Shown: positions 63,287 to 64,000 of the stretch, one piece after another | Layout: the number at the start of each line of letters is the position of its first letter | How positions within the stretch are numbered: the stretch's first letter is position 1 | Virus record (IMG/VR): IMGVR_UViG_3300008262_000014 | Location: 1-64,000 of that record | Strand: one strand, 5' to 3' | DNA from: a virus | Length of the DNA stretch: 64,000 nt | The notes under the pieces: generated by a model | Databases searched by the model: none | Seen by the model: the letters and a program-made list of their open reading frames with translations, nothing else | What the model was told of the DNA's origin: nothing | Program-made: the position numbers and the translations under genes

Positions 63287-63613
63287 TTATGGTACTTCCG
63301 CTGGTGTTGTTAACCCAACAGCTTCCGCGTATTTTAGATATGTTTCAACACATGACGGTGTTGTAAAATCTTCTATATTAAGTCCCTTAACTTTCACTAT
63401 TAGATCTTCGCAGTGTTCTGAAACAAATCTCAAATAAAAATATTGTGTAAATGCACTTATTGACGTATCATATAATTCAAATGGATTTATATTAAATTGA
63501 AAATTAGTTGTTACACCAGACGCCACTAAAGTAGTTGTTGTTGCTGATGTTATACCATAATAAACATTAAATGGAACGTTAGAAGGTACTAATTGTATAT
63601 TTGTTATTATCAT
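63287..63613 (-). CDS. Hypothetical (putative virion) protein
   Basis: 108-aa beta-rich ORF. Confidence 0.65.
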   Translation of the reverse strand: MIITNIQLVPSNVPFNVYYGITSATTTTLVASGVTTNFQFNINPFELYDTSISAFTQYFYLRFVSEHCEDLIVKVKGLNIEDFTTPSCVETYLKYAEAVGLTTPAEVP

Positions 63614-63626
63614 ATATTATTAATTT

Positions 63627-64000
63627 TTATAGTCCACCACATTGATTAAATCTTTTTATTAAATATGTATTCGATCCCACTGTTATTGTTTGTGGATTTG
63701 ATATTATTGATATTGAGTTAACTTGTATTTGTGTTACTCTTAGAGTGGCGGTACCCGATGTTCTAGTTCCGAATGTAGTATTAGTACTAGTTGAACCAGA
63801 ATTAAGTGTTAATGTACCAACTTGAGATAGTGTACCATTAGTTGTTGAACAAATTCCATCATTATATTGTGTTATTACGCCAGATGAAAATGTTAAATTA
63901 TCTAATGTTGTACCAGATATTACATTTATAAGTAAATTAATTTGATTAGATATAACCGCATCTTCTTCAGGTATTAATTCAATTTCCGCTGTTGGTGTTG
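63627..64000 (-). CDS. 3' end of a Thr/Ser-rich putative virion protein (starts beyond the window)
   Basis: Open frame ...TPTAEIELIPEEDAVISNQ...KRFNQCGGL* ending at 63627. Confidence 0.7.
   Translation of the reverse strand, partial: TPTAEIELIPEEDAVISNQINLLINVISGTTLDNLTFSSGVITQYNDGICSTTNGTLSQVGTLTLNSGSTSTNTTFGTRTSGTATLRVTQIQVNSISIISNPQTITVGSNTYLIKRFNQCGGL

Noticed and set aside
1-64000. Stop-codon reassignment as seen in some Bacteroidota phages
   Set aside because: Conserved genes (thyA, clpP, sigma, SbcC) are full length in the standard code and coding density is already very high

Overview
A very AT-rich, densely coding, mostly minus-strand segment of a jumbo/huge dsDNA bacteriophage genome in the standard genetic code. 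The host is almost certainly Bacteroidota. Evidence for this: a Bacteroidota-type primary sigma factor homolog, TAnnTTTG (-7) promoters, no Shine-Dalgarno sites, an Hc1-like 'histone H1' protein and a protein ending in a type IX secretion (T9SS) sorting domain. Contents in order: nucleotide/RNA-processing genes; a DIP1984-like gene followed by a candidate structured ncRNA; a multi-domain peptidoglycan hydrolase; two PcfJ-like paralogs; an HDOD/DUF3445-like gene; thyA; a 12-gene glycosyl/methyltransferase island; a two-protease secreted module with an M15 endolysin; a 1927-aa tail fibre; redox, NusG and Dam genes; putative head-packaged acidic proteins; sigma factor and ClpP; the SbcC/SbcD-primase-RuvC block with a candidate small RNA; and virion genes. 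The most notable non-coding signals are a recurring TATTTAT(A) motif just upstream of virion-type genes and, at three of those genes, hairpins that bury the start codon with that motif inside the hairpin. All protein calls are by motif recognition by eye; no database search was run.
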